This document shows, piece by piece, positions 25,479 to 39,196 of a DNA stretch of 64,000 nt (its first letter is position 1; the number at the start of each line of letters is the position of its first letter). A model generated the notes under the pieces. The model did no database searches, was not told the origin of the DNA, and was given only the letters and a program-made list of their open reading frames with translations. Origin of the DNA: Mytilus californianus (taxonomy: Eukaryota); assembly GCF_021869535.1 (NCBI RefSeq), contig NW_026262669.1:7998001-8062000 (forward strand). Reading direction: 5' to 3'. The position numbers and the translations under genes are program-made.

Positions 25479-28109
25479 TATATATAAAGTTTGAGACTGA
25501 ACATTTCGGCCACTTCCGTTTTAGTCAAAAACCATCTTAACAGTGACGTTTGATTGCATATTTGATAGATTTTTCATATTTAAACTTGAATTTGAGCATT
25601 TGTAATGACCTAACCAATTTAAATCTTTAACACAAACTGATTGAATCAAATGAAGTTCACCTTTAAGTGTTTAAAAATGTGAAACATTTTAGCCAAAATT
25701 AGCCCTAACCGGACTTCTTCTTAAACCAGACTTGGCGACAATCATCATTAGAGTTTGCACTTTAAAAAATGTGTCCCATTTTGGCTAACATGGTTGAAAT
25801 TGAATATGGGGGCAAAATGCAAGTTATGATTGTCTATCATCATCAAAACTGTTATAAATAGAGAAAAATTTGACAAGAGCTTTAATATTCCGAGTGATGG
25901 GATCTTCCTAAATAATAATGGTCTATTTACATCAAAACTGTTTGACAACTTCTTACTGGTGTTTCTGCCCTTAAACGATGAATTTTAACATTTTGTTTTT
26001 TGTTTTTACCAATTATCTCGAAAACAATAATAGATAAAGAGAAACATTTTATATAGGAAAAATGGTCAGCAACACCAGGTCTACAAAATATTGACTTGGT
26101 TGAAATCGTCAGCTGATTTTTTTATTGGAGTTATTGCGCCTTTATGACGTTTTTTTGTTTTTGCATTTTTGCCTTATATCAAAAATATCATAATAGAAAG
26201 AAAGAACTTTAAACTTACAGATATTAATATTCCAGGGTACCTTGTTTGTGAAAGCTGTAGCAATTAGGTAATTGCAACAGCTTAAGACCAATACATAAAT
26301 TATCATAAAATCATTCTTTGATATAATTCATTTTCATTTAATCTTCAAGATAGAGAGAAGAGAAAAGAAAAACACAGGAGAAAAAAAAAGAATGATATGT
26401 TTTGGTTGCAATTTGCCCAGTAATTTCAGACAGACGACAGGAGATGAAAAACTCAATTTGCCCAGATGGCTAGGCTCGCAAAATAAAAATAAATGTTTTA
26501 AAATCGTCTTTAAAAGTCTATAAACCTTTTTGTAACTGTTTTATCTAAAAAAAATTATGAAGTAAAATAATTGCGAAATTTGTAACTCAAATATTCAATT
26601 CCTCTCCTTGTCTGATTTTCTTCCACGTGAGCCATCGTAGATCAGCAGAATATAGGGACTGAGTTATTTGGGTTACGAAATTTGCTTAAAGCTGACATTT
26701 AATGTTGTCCAACTGTTCTGGAAATTTTATGATTGATCAATACCAACTGACCATAATATTCCTTTCTTGTTCTTACTACTTTATATAAACATGTCTATAT
26801 GCCTGGAACAAACAGCATTAATTTTGTATTTCAAGACAGAACAGGGGACAAAGTGGCTGGTGATTAACTGAAATTCACATGAGTAAAATCATGTTTGTGA
26901 ATTATTTAAGAAACACAATTACTGTTCTTAAAAGGAATTCGAAAGTCTAATTGGAAGAAATAATTACAAGTTTAGTTTCAAAATTTCGGAATTCACATTA
27001 TTTGTACCTTAGACAACAATACAATGATGGTTGCTAGGCATTTTATATTTATACGAAAATGGCTGCTAAAGTCTATGTTGACAATATTGACCCCTTATCT
27101 TTCAATTAGGATCTATATTATAGTTTATATTAATCCGAACCCAACTATGTATGGTTGCTAAGTACTTTTATATCAAGTAAGTTGCTAAGAATGTATGACA
27201 TGACCTTAACCTCTAGCTTTTGCTTTATTACCAAATAAAAGCAATGATCATTTTGAAGACTTTATATATATACTGTTTGGGTTGATTTGTTACAATTTCT
27301 TAACAAAAATGAACAAATCGAATAAAAAAGACTGAAGGTCAAAGGTCAAGGTCATCAATTTCCTTTGACCTTTGGGTCAACCTTAAGGTTTTTGAATGCA
27401 CAACATATCTCAAGTGATTTTCATCCTTTATCTGTCACTGTTTTTGAGCAATTCTAATAACAATGTCAAAATTCTTTTACAAAATAACAAAAATGATATT
27501 TTTATGTTTCCATAGCAACCACCCTAACAACCAATTTCCCAAACCTTTGATTATAAATTATTCCTGGGCAACAGTGATAGTTTGCATATATTACTTACAT
27601 ATAATTGGTTGAGGATGCAAAAGTGTGAAATTATGTCATTCAAAATGCCTACAATTTGACTTTTTGAATACATTGAAAACTCCATTATTTAAATCAGTGA
27701 TACCCCCTTTTCCCCTTTTAACCAGAATTAGTTTTCATCTTTCATCTAATCATTAAGGGTTAATTTTCAATTAACAAAAGTCAAAATATTCATCAAAATT
27801 GAAATATGTGCATGATAACTGCTTAAAATTGGTCATTTTTGTTCGTTAAAATATGCATTTTCGAGGTAAAAAATAAAGGGGACCCGTTACCATGGCAACG
27901 GGGACATAAAAAAAAATATGTCAATATATTTTTTGTTTGTTTATCGATAGCTACCAACAAACAAAATTTCAAGAAAATCTGAGACTATGCGTGCCGCATC
28001 TTGGTTGGTGGTTACAGAGAATTGCTATTAAATATTCTGTCAGAATGAGAAATCAAGAACAGTACATGCATCTGGTTTTGTCGGTCTTATGGGCGATATT
28101 TAACTTTTA

Positions 28110-29711
28110 TTTATTGCTTCGAATTTTTTTCATTTAAAAAAATCAGTTAATCCTCGAAAAAGAGAAAATATTCATGTAGCAATTTTGCTAACATATACCA
28201 TAAACAAACCCTAAACCTAAGTTTGGTCACTTGTGCAGGTTCTATGCATTTGAATTTCGCGTTCATAGAAATAGTGAAAATTACACAAATCAGAAACGGA
28301 ATTTTAGTTTCACTGTGATTTTATTTTTTTACAACAATTAATCACCCAATATCCTTAAAAGTCTCTACAAATAATCTTTGGTATGTTTGGTAAATTTAAT
28401 GTCAATATTTGAGTCAATAGCATGTGTAACCACCTCCCTTCCGGTACAGTTCCATAACACGGCGTCTCATACTCTGTACACACATTATGCACTTTAGTTA
28501 AGCAAATTTATTACATTCATCAACAATTGCCCTCTTAAATCGCCAAGATTTTGCAAAGGTGGATCTCTGCGATTGAGATTTCTGCCAATGGCATCCCATA
28601 CATGTTCGATTTGTTTCATGTCTGGAGACATGGAAGGCCAAAATATAGTGTCAATGGCTTCTTGCTCTTTGTACTCGGTAATAATCGTTACCCTGTGTGG
28701 TCTAGCGATGTCGTCCATGTACAAGGGTCTTGACAAAAGTGGGGGATTATTAAAATGAGGGACTACAATGTTTCGAAGCACCAAATCCCTTTATGTCTGT
28801 CTGTTCATGTTACTCTGCAACATATGCATACCCAGCTTACAACAGTATGAGAAGCAACCCCATACTGTAACACAACCAGCATCGAATGCAGTCGTTGTGC
28901 AAATGTTGTTGTGGTCATAGGCTATTTTATTTCCACGCCAAACTCGTATTCTGCCGTCTATTGGTCGTTACAGAACCCGAATCTCATCTGACCAATGAAC
29001 ATTTTGCCAGCTTCTCCTGTTCCAGCGTCGATGGTCATTAGCCTTTTGAAACCTGATTATATGGTGCCTGGCTGTTAGGGAAGGTGTCTTGACAACACGA
29101 CGTGCTCTTTGGTACCCTCTACTAAGTCGACGGACCAATGTTCGAACACTAGCACGACCACCTAGAGGCCAGTGGTGTCTAAGCTGTAGGACAGGAGTAA
29201 ATGGGTTGGCTTTAGTACGACCAATAAGCAATATGTCATCACAATAGTTAGTTAAACGGGGTCTTCCGGACCTTGGTCTATCATTTACAGTTCCTGTGTC
29301 AACATGACGTTGTAAAAATTTGACAATGACGGTGTGGTTAACATTGAAATGGTCACCTATGCTCCTAATGCTCCTAACGCCATTTGACATGTCAATTGCT
29401 TGTCAACGTTCAGTCACAGATAACTTACGCCTTGCCATATTTCACAGTGACTTGGTAAAGGGCAAATTTCACCTGTACGCTTGAAAGTAGGAAGATGATT
29501 TAAAGGCATCGAAACAGTGTTTTTGTAATAGTGCAGATGACCTTTAATAAAAGTTGCTTGACGGGTTTATTGGATTTTTTTTTTTGTCGCAATGAATTTT
29601 CTTAGTGTATGTTATAAGCAATTTGTAAAACCAAACATAAATATTTTTTTTGCAATAGTTAAAAAAATATTGCCAGTTATATTTAGGTGGTGCTTAACTT
29701 TTGGCGGACTG
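28110..29711 (-). mobile_element. Second Tc1 copy lacking one TIR (transposase remnant 28414-29438)
   Basis: Nearly identical to 23876-25478. The TIR at 29684-29711 is retained, while the other TIR lies outside the duplicated unit. Confidence 0.9.
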
Positions 29712-32700
29712 TATATATAAAGTTTGAGACTGAACATTTCGGCCACTTCCGTTTTAGTCAAAAACCATCTTAACAGTGACGTTTGATTGCATATTTGATA
29801 GATTTTTCATATTTAAACTTGAATTTGAGCATTTGTAATGACCTAACCAATTTAAATCTTTAACACAAACTGATTGAATCAAATGAAGTTCACCTTTAAG
29901 TGTTTAAAAATGTGAAACATTTTAGCCAAAATTAGCCCTAACCGGACTTCTTCTTAAACCAGACTTGGCGACAATCATCATTAGAGTTTGCACTTTAAAA
30001 AATGTGTCCCATTTTGGCTAACATGGTTGAAATTGAATATGGGGGCAAAATGCAAGTTATGATTGTCTATCATCATCAAAACTGTTATAAATAGAGAAAA
30101 ATTTGACAAGAGCTTTAATATTCCGAGTGATGGGATCTTCCTAAATAATAATGGTCTATTTACATCAAAACTGTTTGACAACTTCTTACTGGTGTTTCTG
30201 CCCTTAAACGATGAATTTTAACATTTTGTTTTTTGTTTTTACCAATTATCTCGAAAACAATAATAGATAAAGAGAAACATTTTATATAGGAAAAATGGTC
30301 AGCAACACCAGGTCTACAAAATATTGACTTGGTTGAAATCGTCAGCTGATTTTTTTATTGGAGTTATTGCGCCTTTATGACGTTTTTTTTTTTTTGCATT
30401 TTTGCCTTATATCAAAAATATCATAATAGAAAGAAAGAACTTTAAACTTACAGATATTAATATTCCAGGGTACCTTGTTTGTGAAAGCTGTAGCAATTAG
30501 GTAATTGCAACAGCTTAAGACCAATACATAAATTATCATAAAATCATTCTTTGATATAATTCATTTTCATTTAATCTTCAAGATAGAGAGAAGAGAAAAG
30601 AAAAACACAGGAGAAAAAAAAAGAATGATATGTTTTGGTTGCAATTTGCCCAGTAATTTCAGACAGACGACAGGAGATGAAAAACTCAATTTGCCCAGAT
30701 GGCTAGGCTCGCAAAATAAAAATAAATGTTTTAAAATCGTCTTTAAAAGTCTATAAACCTTTTTGTAACTGTTTTATCTAAAAAAAATTATGAAGTAAAA
30801 TAATTGCGAAATTTGTAACTCAAATATTCAATTCCTCTCCTTGTCTGATTTTCTTCCACGTGAGCCATCGTAGATCAGCAGAATATAGGGACTGAGTTAT
30901 TTGGGTTACGAAATTTGCTTAAAGCTGACATTTAATGTTGTCCAACTGTTCTGGAAATTTTATGATTGATCAATACCAACTGACCATAATATTCCTTTCT
31001 TGTTCTTACTACTTTATATAAACATGTCTATATGCCTGGAACAAACAGCATTAATTTTGTATTTCAAGACAGAACAGGGGACAAAGTGGCTGGTGATTAA
31101 CTGAAATTCACATGAGTAAAATCATGTTTGTGAATTATTTAAGAAACACAATTACTGTTCTTAAAAGGAATTCGAAAGTCTAATTGGAAGAAATAATTAC
31201 AAGTTTAGTTTCAAAATTTCGGAATTCACATTATTTGTACCTTAGACAACAATACAATGATGGTTGCTAGGCATTTTATATTTATACGAAAATGGCTGCT
31301 AAAGTCTATGTTGACAATATTGACCCCTTATCTTTCAATTAGGATCTATATTATAGTTTATATTAATCCGAACCCAACTATGTATGGTTGCTAAGTACTT
31401 TTATATCAAGTAAGTTGCTAAGAATGTATGACATGACCTTAACCTCTAGCTTTTGCTTTATTACCAAATAAAAGCAATGATCATTTTGAAGACTTTATAT
31501 ATATACTGTTTGGGTTGATTTGTTACAATTTCTTAACAAAAATGAACAAATCGAATAAAAAAGACTGAAGGTCAAAGGTCAAGGTCATCAATTTCCTTTG
31601 ACCTTTGGGTCAACCTTAAGGTTTTTGAATGCACAACATATCTCAAGTGATTTTCATCCTTTATCTGTCACTGTTTTTGAGCAATTCTAATAACAATGTC
31701 AAAATTCTTTTACAAAATAACAAAAATGATATTTTTATGTTTCCATAGCAACCACCCTAACAACCAATTTCCCAAACCTTTGATTATAAATTATTCCTGG
31801 GCAACAGTGATAGTTTGCATATATTACTTACATATAATTGGTTGAGGATGCAAAAGTGTGAAATTATGTCATTCAAAATGCCTACAATTTGACTTTTTGA
31901 ATACATTGAAAACTCCATTATTTAAATCAGTGATACCCCCTTTTCCCCTTTTAACCAGAATTAGTTTTCATCTTTCATCTAATCATTAAGGGTTAATTTT
32001 CAATTAACAAAAGTCAAAATATTCATCAAAATTGAAATATGTGCATGATAACTGCTTAAAATTGGTCATTTTTGTTCGTTAAAATATGCATTTTCGAGGT
32101 AAAAAATAAAGGGGACCCGTTACCATGGCAACGGGGACATAAAAAAAAATATGTCAATATATTTTTTGTTTGTTTATCGATAGCTACCAACAAACAAAAT
32201 TTCAAGAAAATCTGAGACTATGCGTGCCGCATCTTGGTTGGTGGTTACAGAGAATTGCTATTAAATATTCTGTCAGAATGAGAAATCAAGAACAGTACAT
32301 GCATCTGGTTTTGTCGGTCTTATGGGCGATATTTAACTTTTAAATTGCGTTTTTAACGAGCGTGCACTAGTATTAGTTAACTCAAGATCGAGTACAAATA
32401 CATTTTTCAATTACTTAGTGAATACGTAAAACTTGACATCCTTTTAATGTTCAGACAGATTTTGAAAATCTTGGCTTCAAGTGTTAATCTTGAATCCAGA
32501 CCTAACGCACCATATATTTTGTTCAGTGGTCAGAAGTAAATGTCTTAAAAGGTAGCCTATGCAATTGGTTAATGGGTGTTTTGTAAAAAAAAAACCACCA
32601 ATGAAATAAAATGCACACATATAGCATCAGAAGTTTATCGTGTAGTGTTTAAAAACCGAACTATTTTTTTTAACTCAAAAGCAGAACGCTAATATATAAA

Positions 32701-33278
32701 AAGTCCAATCTACAACCATTTTCAAAAAAACCTGTTCAAAAAATATAAACTCCGGAGTCAAAAGTCGGTAATATATATATATGAAAATAGTCTATTAAAA
32801 CCTACCAAAATGAATAGCATAGTTTTTTAAAGTATTTAAAAATGTATGATACATAAAGAAATGTGCATAAGGATTTGTTTCGTTTAGCTCCGATATGATT
32901 ATTTTAGAAGATTTTATTAAAATCGACAACCTTCTGTTCACACGAATCTTCCGGCATTAAATAAAACTGAAAAAATAATAAAGATTATTGAGATGTTGAC
33001 CTTTATCATTAGTGAAAGACGAAATAATGTTCACTTTTATTAATAGTATATAAAAAATCAACAAAATTAGCAATGTTTAATTCTAAGTTTTAATAAAAAG
33101 TACCGGCAAATGTAATAATTATATTCATTAAAATTGTAGATGACACAAACTTGTAATTGAGAAAAAAACAGAAACAAAAAAACAAACAAACAAATTAAAA
33201 AACAATTCAACAAATGAAAACAAATTCTTGACAAATACCATCGGTTAAGGATTTGATGTCCCTATTTCGACAGTTGAT

Positions 33279-33605
33279 TCAGTTTTTATATCGATTTGTT
33301 TTCCCTTTTCTTCCGTAGGAATCCTTGTGAGTTTTCAAGGGAGGTTTGCTTTTTTCAACACTCTTAACTAAATTCGGCAATGCTGGCCCCTGCGCTGACA
33401 TCATCTTTATCAAGATATCAATCTTGTCTTCCAGTGTATTAAATCGTTTGGAGTTGTCTTTCTTCCCGCCCTCCATCTTATTTTCTATCTCCTTGAAGCG
33501 TTCTAGTTGTTCTTTGTTCCACTGATCCATGATCCGTTTTTGTTCGTTATTGATCCGTGATAGGTTCTGTCTACTAGCTTGTAGGTAGTTCTGGAGTTTC
33601 CCTAC
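33279..33605 (-). CDS. CARD-coiled-coil paralog 2, terminal exon 5
   Basis: ttgcag|GTA (phase 0) gives VGKLQNYLQASRQ...RFNTLEDKIDILIKMMS...RYKN*, homologous to the C-termini of paralogs 1 and 3. Confidence 0.8.
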   Translation of the reverse strand, partial: VGKLQNYLQASRQNLSRINNEQKRIMDQWNKEQLERFKEIENKMEGGKKDNSKRFNTLEDKIDILIKMMSAQGPALPNLVKSVEKSKPPLKTHKDSYGRKGKTNRYKN

Positions 33606-36265
33606 CTGCAACATAACGCAAATACATGTTTTAATAAATAAATTTATTGATTATTGTTTTCTTTACTTTCCAGCGTCATATAAGGGAAAGAACATTGTCA
33701 AATTAAAAATCAGTTTATCAGGTAGGTTTTGCAATGTATGTCGACCGGGATGAAGGCTGCCACTAAAAATTAAAAAAAATGTTTTCCAAAACCTTTTATC
33801 AACATTTTGTGATTTTTGTAATCTTTAATAAAAATTTAACGGTAAATACAGACGACGACGGACGACAAGCGATTGCAATAGCACACATAATCCTTCTGGT
33901 ACTTAACACATCTTCTTGATGTGATCTACATAAATGCCAAATATAAATATAGAGGCTCCAACAAGCCTGAATCATTCACCATTTCAATAGGTCCCATTAG
34001 ACTTGATTATGAAATAAAGTTCTATTATGTGCAGACATATAGCGTAACTAACTTTAATATTAATTAAGCTTGATTAAATTCAGTGTTTATCATTCTCAAA
34101 AATTGAATATGTTTACGATAGGGTTTTGATACAAACTTTGCCCTCACTGGCGGCCATTTTTAACTTCGGATCAGCTCAAAACGTAAAAACTCTTTTTAAG
34201 GACCTGGATACTATTTACACATTGTATATTTATACTAAGTTTAAGCTCAGTCATTTCAGCGATCTTGAGAAGCAGATTTTGAACATTGATTTTTTCAAAG
34301 TTCCTTGGCGGTCATGTGTTTTAACCAATGTGTAACTAAGTAATAACACTTGAATAGGACCTTATAGTACACACGTATATCAAGTTTGATTCAATTCTGA
34401 TAAGTAGTTCTTAAAATAAAGATGAAAATGTTGTTTCCCATAGTGTTTCGATGCTCACAAAGTAGCAATGTTAAGGTTGTTGTTATAGATGATATAGATG
34501 ATATAGATGATATGTCGTAATTACGATATAGCGATGTCGTTATTTCCACATAATACGTCGTTATTACGACATAGCGATGTCGTTATTTCCACATAATACG
34601 TCGTTATTACGACATAGCGATGTCGTTATTTCCACATAATATGTCGTTATTACGACATAGCGATGTCGTTATTACGACATACTATGTCGTAATTACGACA
34701 TAATTTTTATTTTGAATGACCCTTTTCGGCTTCCGTACCAATTTGGCTAAAAAGAGAAAAAAAATCCGTAAATCCTGTAAAAGTGCAGTGTGTGTAGCGC
34801 TCTCTCTACAAGAGGTATCATATCACTCTCGGATTAAATGGTCTCATCCAGACCATCCGTGGTTGTGTATTTATACATCCCACACATGTTCAGTCTTGTG
34901 GTTGTGTATTTATACACCCCACACATGTCTATGTTTTCTATGTTGTGATTTGTATACTGTTTTTTATCTTTTGGTCGTTATTCGTTTTTTGCTATGGAGT
35001 TGTCAGTTTGTTTTCGATTTATGAGTTTGGATGACCCATTGATATCTTTCGCCTCGCTTCATAAACGGATGATCCCACATCGTGGGTTATACTATTGAAA
35101 AGGAGACGTCCAGTTCATCAATATGAATATCCAAGTCAACATTGTACCTTTAAAATTAACATTCACATTTTACATGTCCAACGAGGTCCACAACTGATAG
35201 TCATTTTGTGGTTATTTTAACAACATAGTATTACATCGTCGCTGGGCTTCCAAAATGACGTATATAGATATAAGAAGATGTGGTATGAGTGCCAATGAGA
35301 CAACTCTCCATCCAAGTCAAAATTTATAAAAGTAAACCATTATAGGTCAGTACGGTATATAACTTTTTTTGTTGTTGCTAAAACCACCTTTTCACACAAA
35401 CTGGCTTGGCGGAAGGAAATCTCTGATTTCCCAAAATATCATAGATTTAGACCAATCTAAACATTTGAAATAAGACATGTGAAAAAAATTGCTTCCAAAA
35501 TGTTGTATGTAAACTTGAAAATTGTCGTATAATGACTTTGGGAATCCAAAACTTGTACCTTTTTTATTTCTGTGAAAACAAGGTTAGTTTTTGTGTTATC
35601 CAGTAGTTTCCAAGTTTTTATTTCACAGCCATTTACAAAAATATTCAACTAATCGATGATTAAACTTGTCTCTTGAAAATGCAAAACATATTGTACTCGA
35701 AATTTTCTTTTAATTGTTAGAGCGAAATATTCTACCATTTTGCCTCGTTTATTACAATATGAATCAATCCTCGGTACTTATTTTTGTTTATTTTTAAATG
35801 GTTGGAAAACCTATTATTTTAAAGTTATTTTAAATCTCAACTGAATAAATTTCATAGTAATCAACCGGATGGTATATATATATATAACGATTGATAACAA
35901 TGGCGAAAACCAAAGAATAAATGGTGCGGTGTCATGTAAAATGTTCATTTAATTTACATTACATTTTACATCAAACGTTAAATCATCCAGATTCTGTAAG
36001 GCGAAAAAGTAAATTGCCATCATTACCAGTTGAATACAAAAATACGCTTTCATTTAATCGAGGACAACCATAACGTGGGTCTACGCATGTAAAAGTTATA
36101 TCAGTATGTGGCGGTGTAAAATTGGTTGTACTTTGTCTTATATCTATTGAATTGGTCAGTGGATTAAATACGTGTTTTAGTTTGAGTATCCTATCATTGT
36201 TCTTGCTGTTCTCGTCCTGCTAATTCAAGGTTAACCCTATGTTTGGTGTTTGTACTTTCCTTAGT

Positions 36266-37990
36266 TTTTACTTAGTTAGTATATACCTGATTTCTTAGTA
36301 TCATGATTGTTTTTACTTAGTATATACCTGATTTCTTAGTATCATGATTCTTTTTACTTAGTATATACCTGATTTCTTAGTATCATGATTCTTATTACTT
36401 AGTATATACCTGATTTCTTAGTATCATGATTCTTTTTACTTAGTATATACCTGATTTCTTAGTATAATGATTCTTATTACTTAGTATATACCTGATTTCT
36501 TAGTATCATGATTCTTTTTACTTAGTATATACCTGATTTCTTCGTATCATGATTCTTTTTACTTAGTATATACCTGATTTCTTCATATCATGATTCTTTT
36601 TACTTAGTATATACCTGATTTCTTAGTATCGTGTTTCTTTTTACTTAGTATATACCTGATTTCTTCGTATCGTGATTCTTTTTACTTGGTATATACCTGA
36701 TTTCTTCGTATCGTGATTCTTTTTACTTAGTATATACCTGATTTCTTAGTATCATGATTCTTATTACTTAGTATATACCTGATTTCTTAGTATCATGATT
36801 CTTTTTACTTAGTATATACCTGATTTCTTCGTATCATGATTGTTTTTACTTAGTATATACCTGATTTCTTCGTATCATGATTGTTTGGTATATACCTGAT
36901 TTCTTCGTATCATGATTGTTTTTACTTAGTATATACCTGATTTCTTAGTATCATGATTCTTTTTACTTAGTATATACCTGATTTCTTCGTATCATGATTC
37001 TTTTTACTTAGTATATACCTGATTTCTTCGTATCATGATTGTTTTTACTTGGTATATACCTGATTTCTTAGTATCATGATTGTTTTTACTTAGTATATAC
37101 CTGATTTCTTAGTATCATGATTGTTTTTACTTAGTATATACCTGATTTCTTAGTATCATGATTGTTTTTACTTAGTATATACCTGATTTCTTAGTATCAT
37201 GATTGTTTTTACTTAGTATATACCTGATTTCTTAGTATCATGATTCTTATTACTTAGTATATACCTGGTTTCTTAGTATCATGTTTCTTTTTACTTAGTA
37301 TATACCTGGTTTCTTAGTATCATGATTGTTTTTACTTAGTATATACCTGATTTCTTAGTATCATGATTCTTTTTACTTAGTATATACCTGATTTCTAAGT
37401 ATCATGATTCTTTTTACTTAGTATATACCTGATTTCTTAGTATCATGATTCTTTTTACTAAGTATATACCTGATTTCTTAGTATCACGATTCTTTTTACT
37501 TAGTATATAACTGATTTCTTAGTCACATGATTCTTTTTACTTAGTATATACCTGATTTCTTAGTCACATGATTCTTTTTACTTAGTATATACCTGATTTC
37601 TTAGTATCACGATTTTTTTTACTTAGTATATACCTGATTTCTTAGTATCATGATTCTTTTTACTTAGTATATACCTTATTTCTAAGTATCATGATTGTTT
37701 TTACTTAGTATATACCTGATTTCTTCGTATCACGATTCTTTTTACTTAGTATATACCTGATTTCTTAGTATCATGATTGTTTTTACTTAGTATATACCTG
37801 ATTTCTAAGTATCATGATTGTTTTTACTTAGTATATACCTGATTTCTTAGTATCATGTTTCTTTTTACTTAGTATATACCTGATTTCTTAGTATCATGTT
37901 TCTTTTTACTTAGTATATACCTGATTTCTTAGTAACATGATTCTTTTTACTTAGTATAATATACCTGATTTCTAAGTATCATGATTCTAG
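36266..37990. repeat. 41-bp minisatellite, about 42 copies, derived from the paralog 2 exon 4 end plus donor site
   Basis: The minus-strand unit is aatcatgatactaagaaatcag|gtatatactaagtaaaaag. Its highest-coordinate copy is the exon end itself (RIMILRNQ). Confidence 0.95.
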
Positions 37991-38132
37991 TATCTTTTTC
38001 ACTGTTTTCGTCCTTTTGTTTCTTCACTTGTTTCTCTACAATGTCGAGCTGACTTCTGTAGTAATTTAAATCCTTTTGTATGTTGTTAACTGTTTCTTCT
38101 TTTTCATCTAACGCTAACTGCAGGTCACGTAC
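37965..38132 (-). CDS. CARD-coiled-coil paralog 2, exon 4
   Basis: tctttcag|GTA CGT GAC...AAT CAG|gtatat; 168 nt, phase 0-0; VRDLQLALDEKEE...KDTRIMILRNQ. Confidence 0.8.
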
Positions 38133-38917
38133 CTGAAAGACACGTTCAATTTGTAACTTAATGATTATGTGAATCGACATAAACATAACATAGTTATGTA
38201 GCTTACGAATGAAAATGTTTGGTTAAATGTCGTAAGGTTACAATCTCACTTACGTATACCCAACTAGCCTAGTATCTTAGCTCATTGTTCAACAGTCGCG
38301 AAGAGGAGGATGGGCCAGGATGCCAGGCTAATACCCCACATATCGTTTTTTTTTCTTGATTCTTCAAAAAAAGCCATATACTATTGTAAATAACGCAGCA
38401 TTAAATGAATGTTTGAAGTCACGTGGTAACTATTTTTATAGCAGAACAATACACCAGTCTGTAGAATATGCATTGACTATCAAAAGGTTGAATACTCTTA
38501 CTAGACGGACCTTTTAAAACCAAAGATGTAAACGGAAATATACAGGAATGTGGGTGCATTATTTGTTAATTCGGGATCTACATAGGGGATATGGCTTCGT
38601 GTTTCCTGTTAGTGTTTTATATTCTCTAATCCCATATCCCCTAGGTATGAGGTAATGGGGATATATGCTCGGAGAATATAAAACATGCAATAAAATGTCA
38701 TTTTTAATCGAGATATTTCATTCTTGTGTATATTCATTTATTCTAAATTAAAACCGAAAGCGCCTCCGCAAAGACGTATTCGATCCGATAGGTCATAACT
38801 TGTTTCTTCAGTTTCTCTACCGGGTCCATATACACTTATTTCTGGCCATTTTGTTTCTTAAAACTGACAATATTTGACATCAAACATGTGACACAATGAA
38901 TAATGTATTTTCAATAC

Positions 38918-39196
38918 CTTTCTCATCAGCTCCCTAGTATTAGCGCCAGTATTCATCCTGCGGAAAATGTCACCTTCCGAAGCATCGAGACTGTTCTCCG
39001 ACAACCCCTTCCTGTTCTCCTCAAGGTCGATCTGTAGTTTATGGATCTCTTTGTTCAAGCATTCTATTTTGTGTTCCCTGACGGTAAGTTCTGACTGGAG
39101 CTGTTTGTAATTAGTTGTCATGTCTGACAGCTTGACTTTATACATCTGTTTTTCTTTATAAAGGTGCAGGATTTCATCTTCTCGGAAGTCACCAGA
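38918..39196 (-). CDS. CARD-coiled-coil paralog 2, exon 3
   Basis: attttag|TCT GGT...AGA AAG|gtattg; 279 nt, phase 0-0. SGDFREDEILHLYKEKQMYKVKL aligns with the start of the terminal exons of paralogs 1 and 3. Confidence 0.8.

Larger units (their letters stand above)
21078..28027. mobile_element. Possible TTAA-flanked (Kolobok-like) non-autonomous element containing nested insertions
   Basis: TTAA|gagcaattctctgtaaccaccaacca at 21074 is the reverse complement, with one mismatch, of tggttggtggttacagagaattgcta|TTAA ending at 28031. Inverted subterminal blocks (cggcacgcatagtc, gttgccatggtaac) are also shared. Confidence 0.5.
23876..32342. repeat. Near-identical tandem duplication (units 23876-28109 and 28110-32342, about 4234 bp)
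   Basis: ORF pairs are offset by 4233-4234 bp. Only a few substitutions and homopolymer differences were seen, e.g. MNQIE versus MKQIE. Confidence 0.95.
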
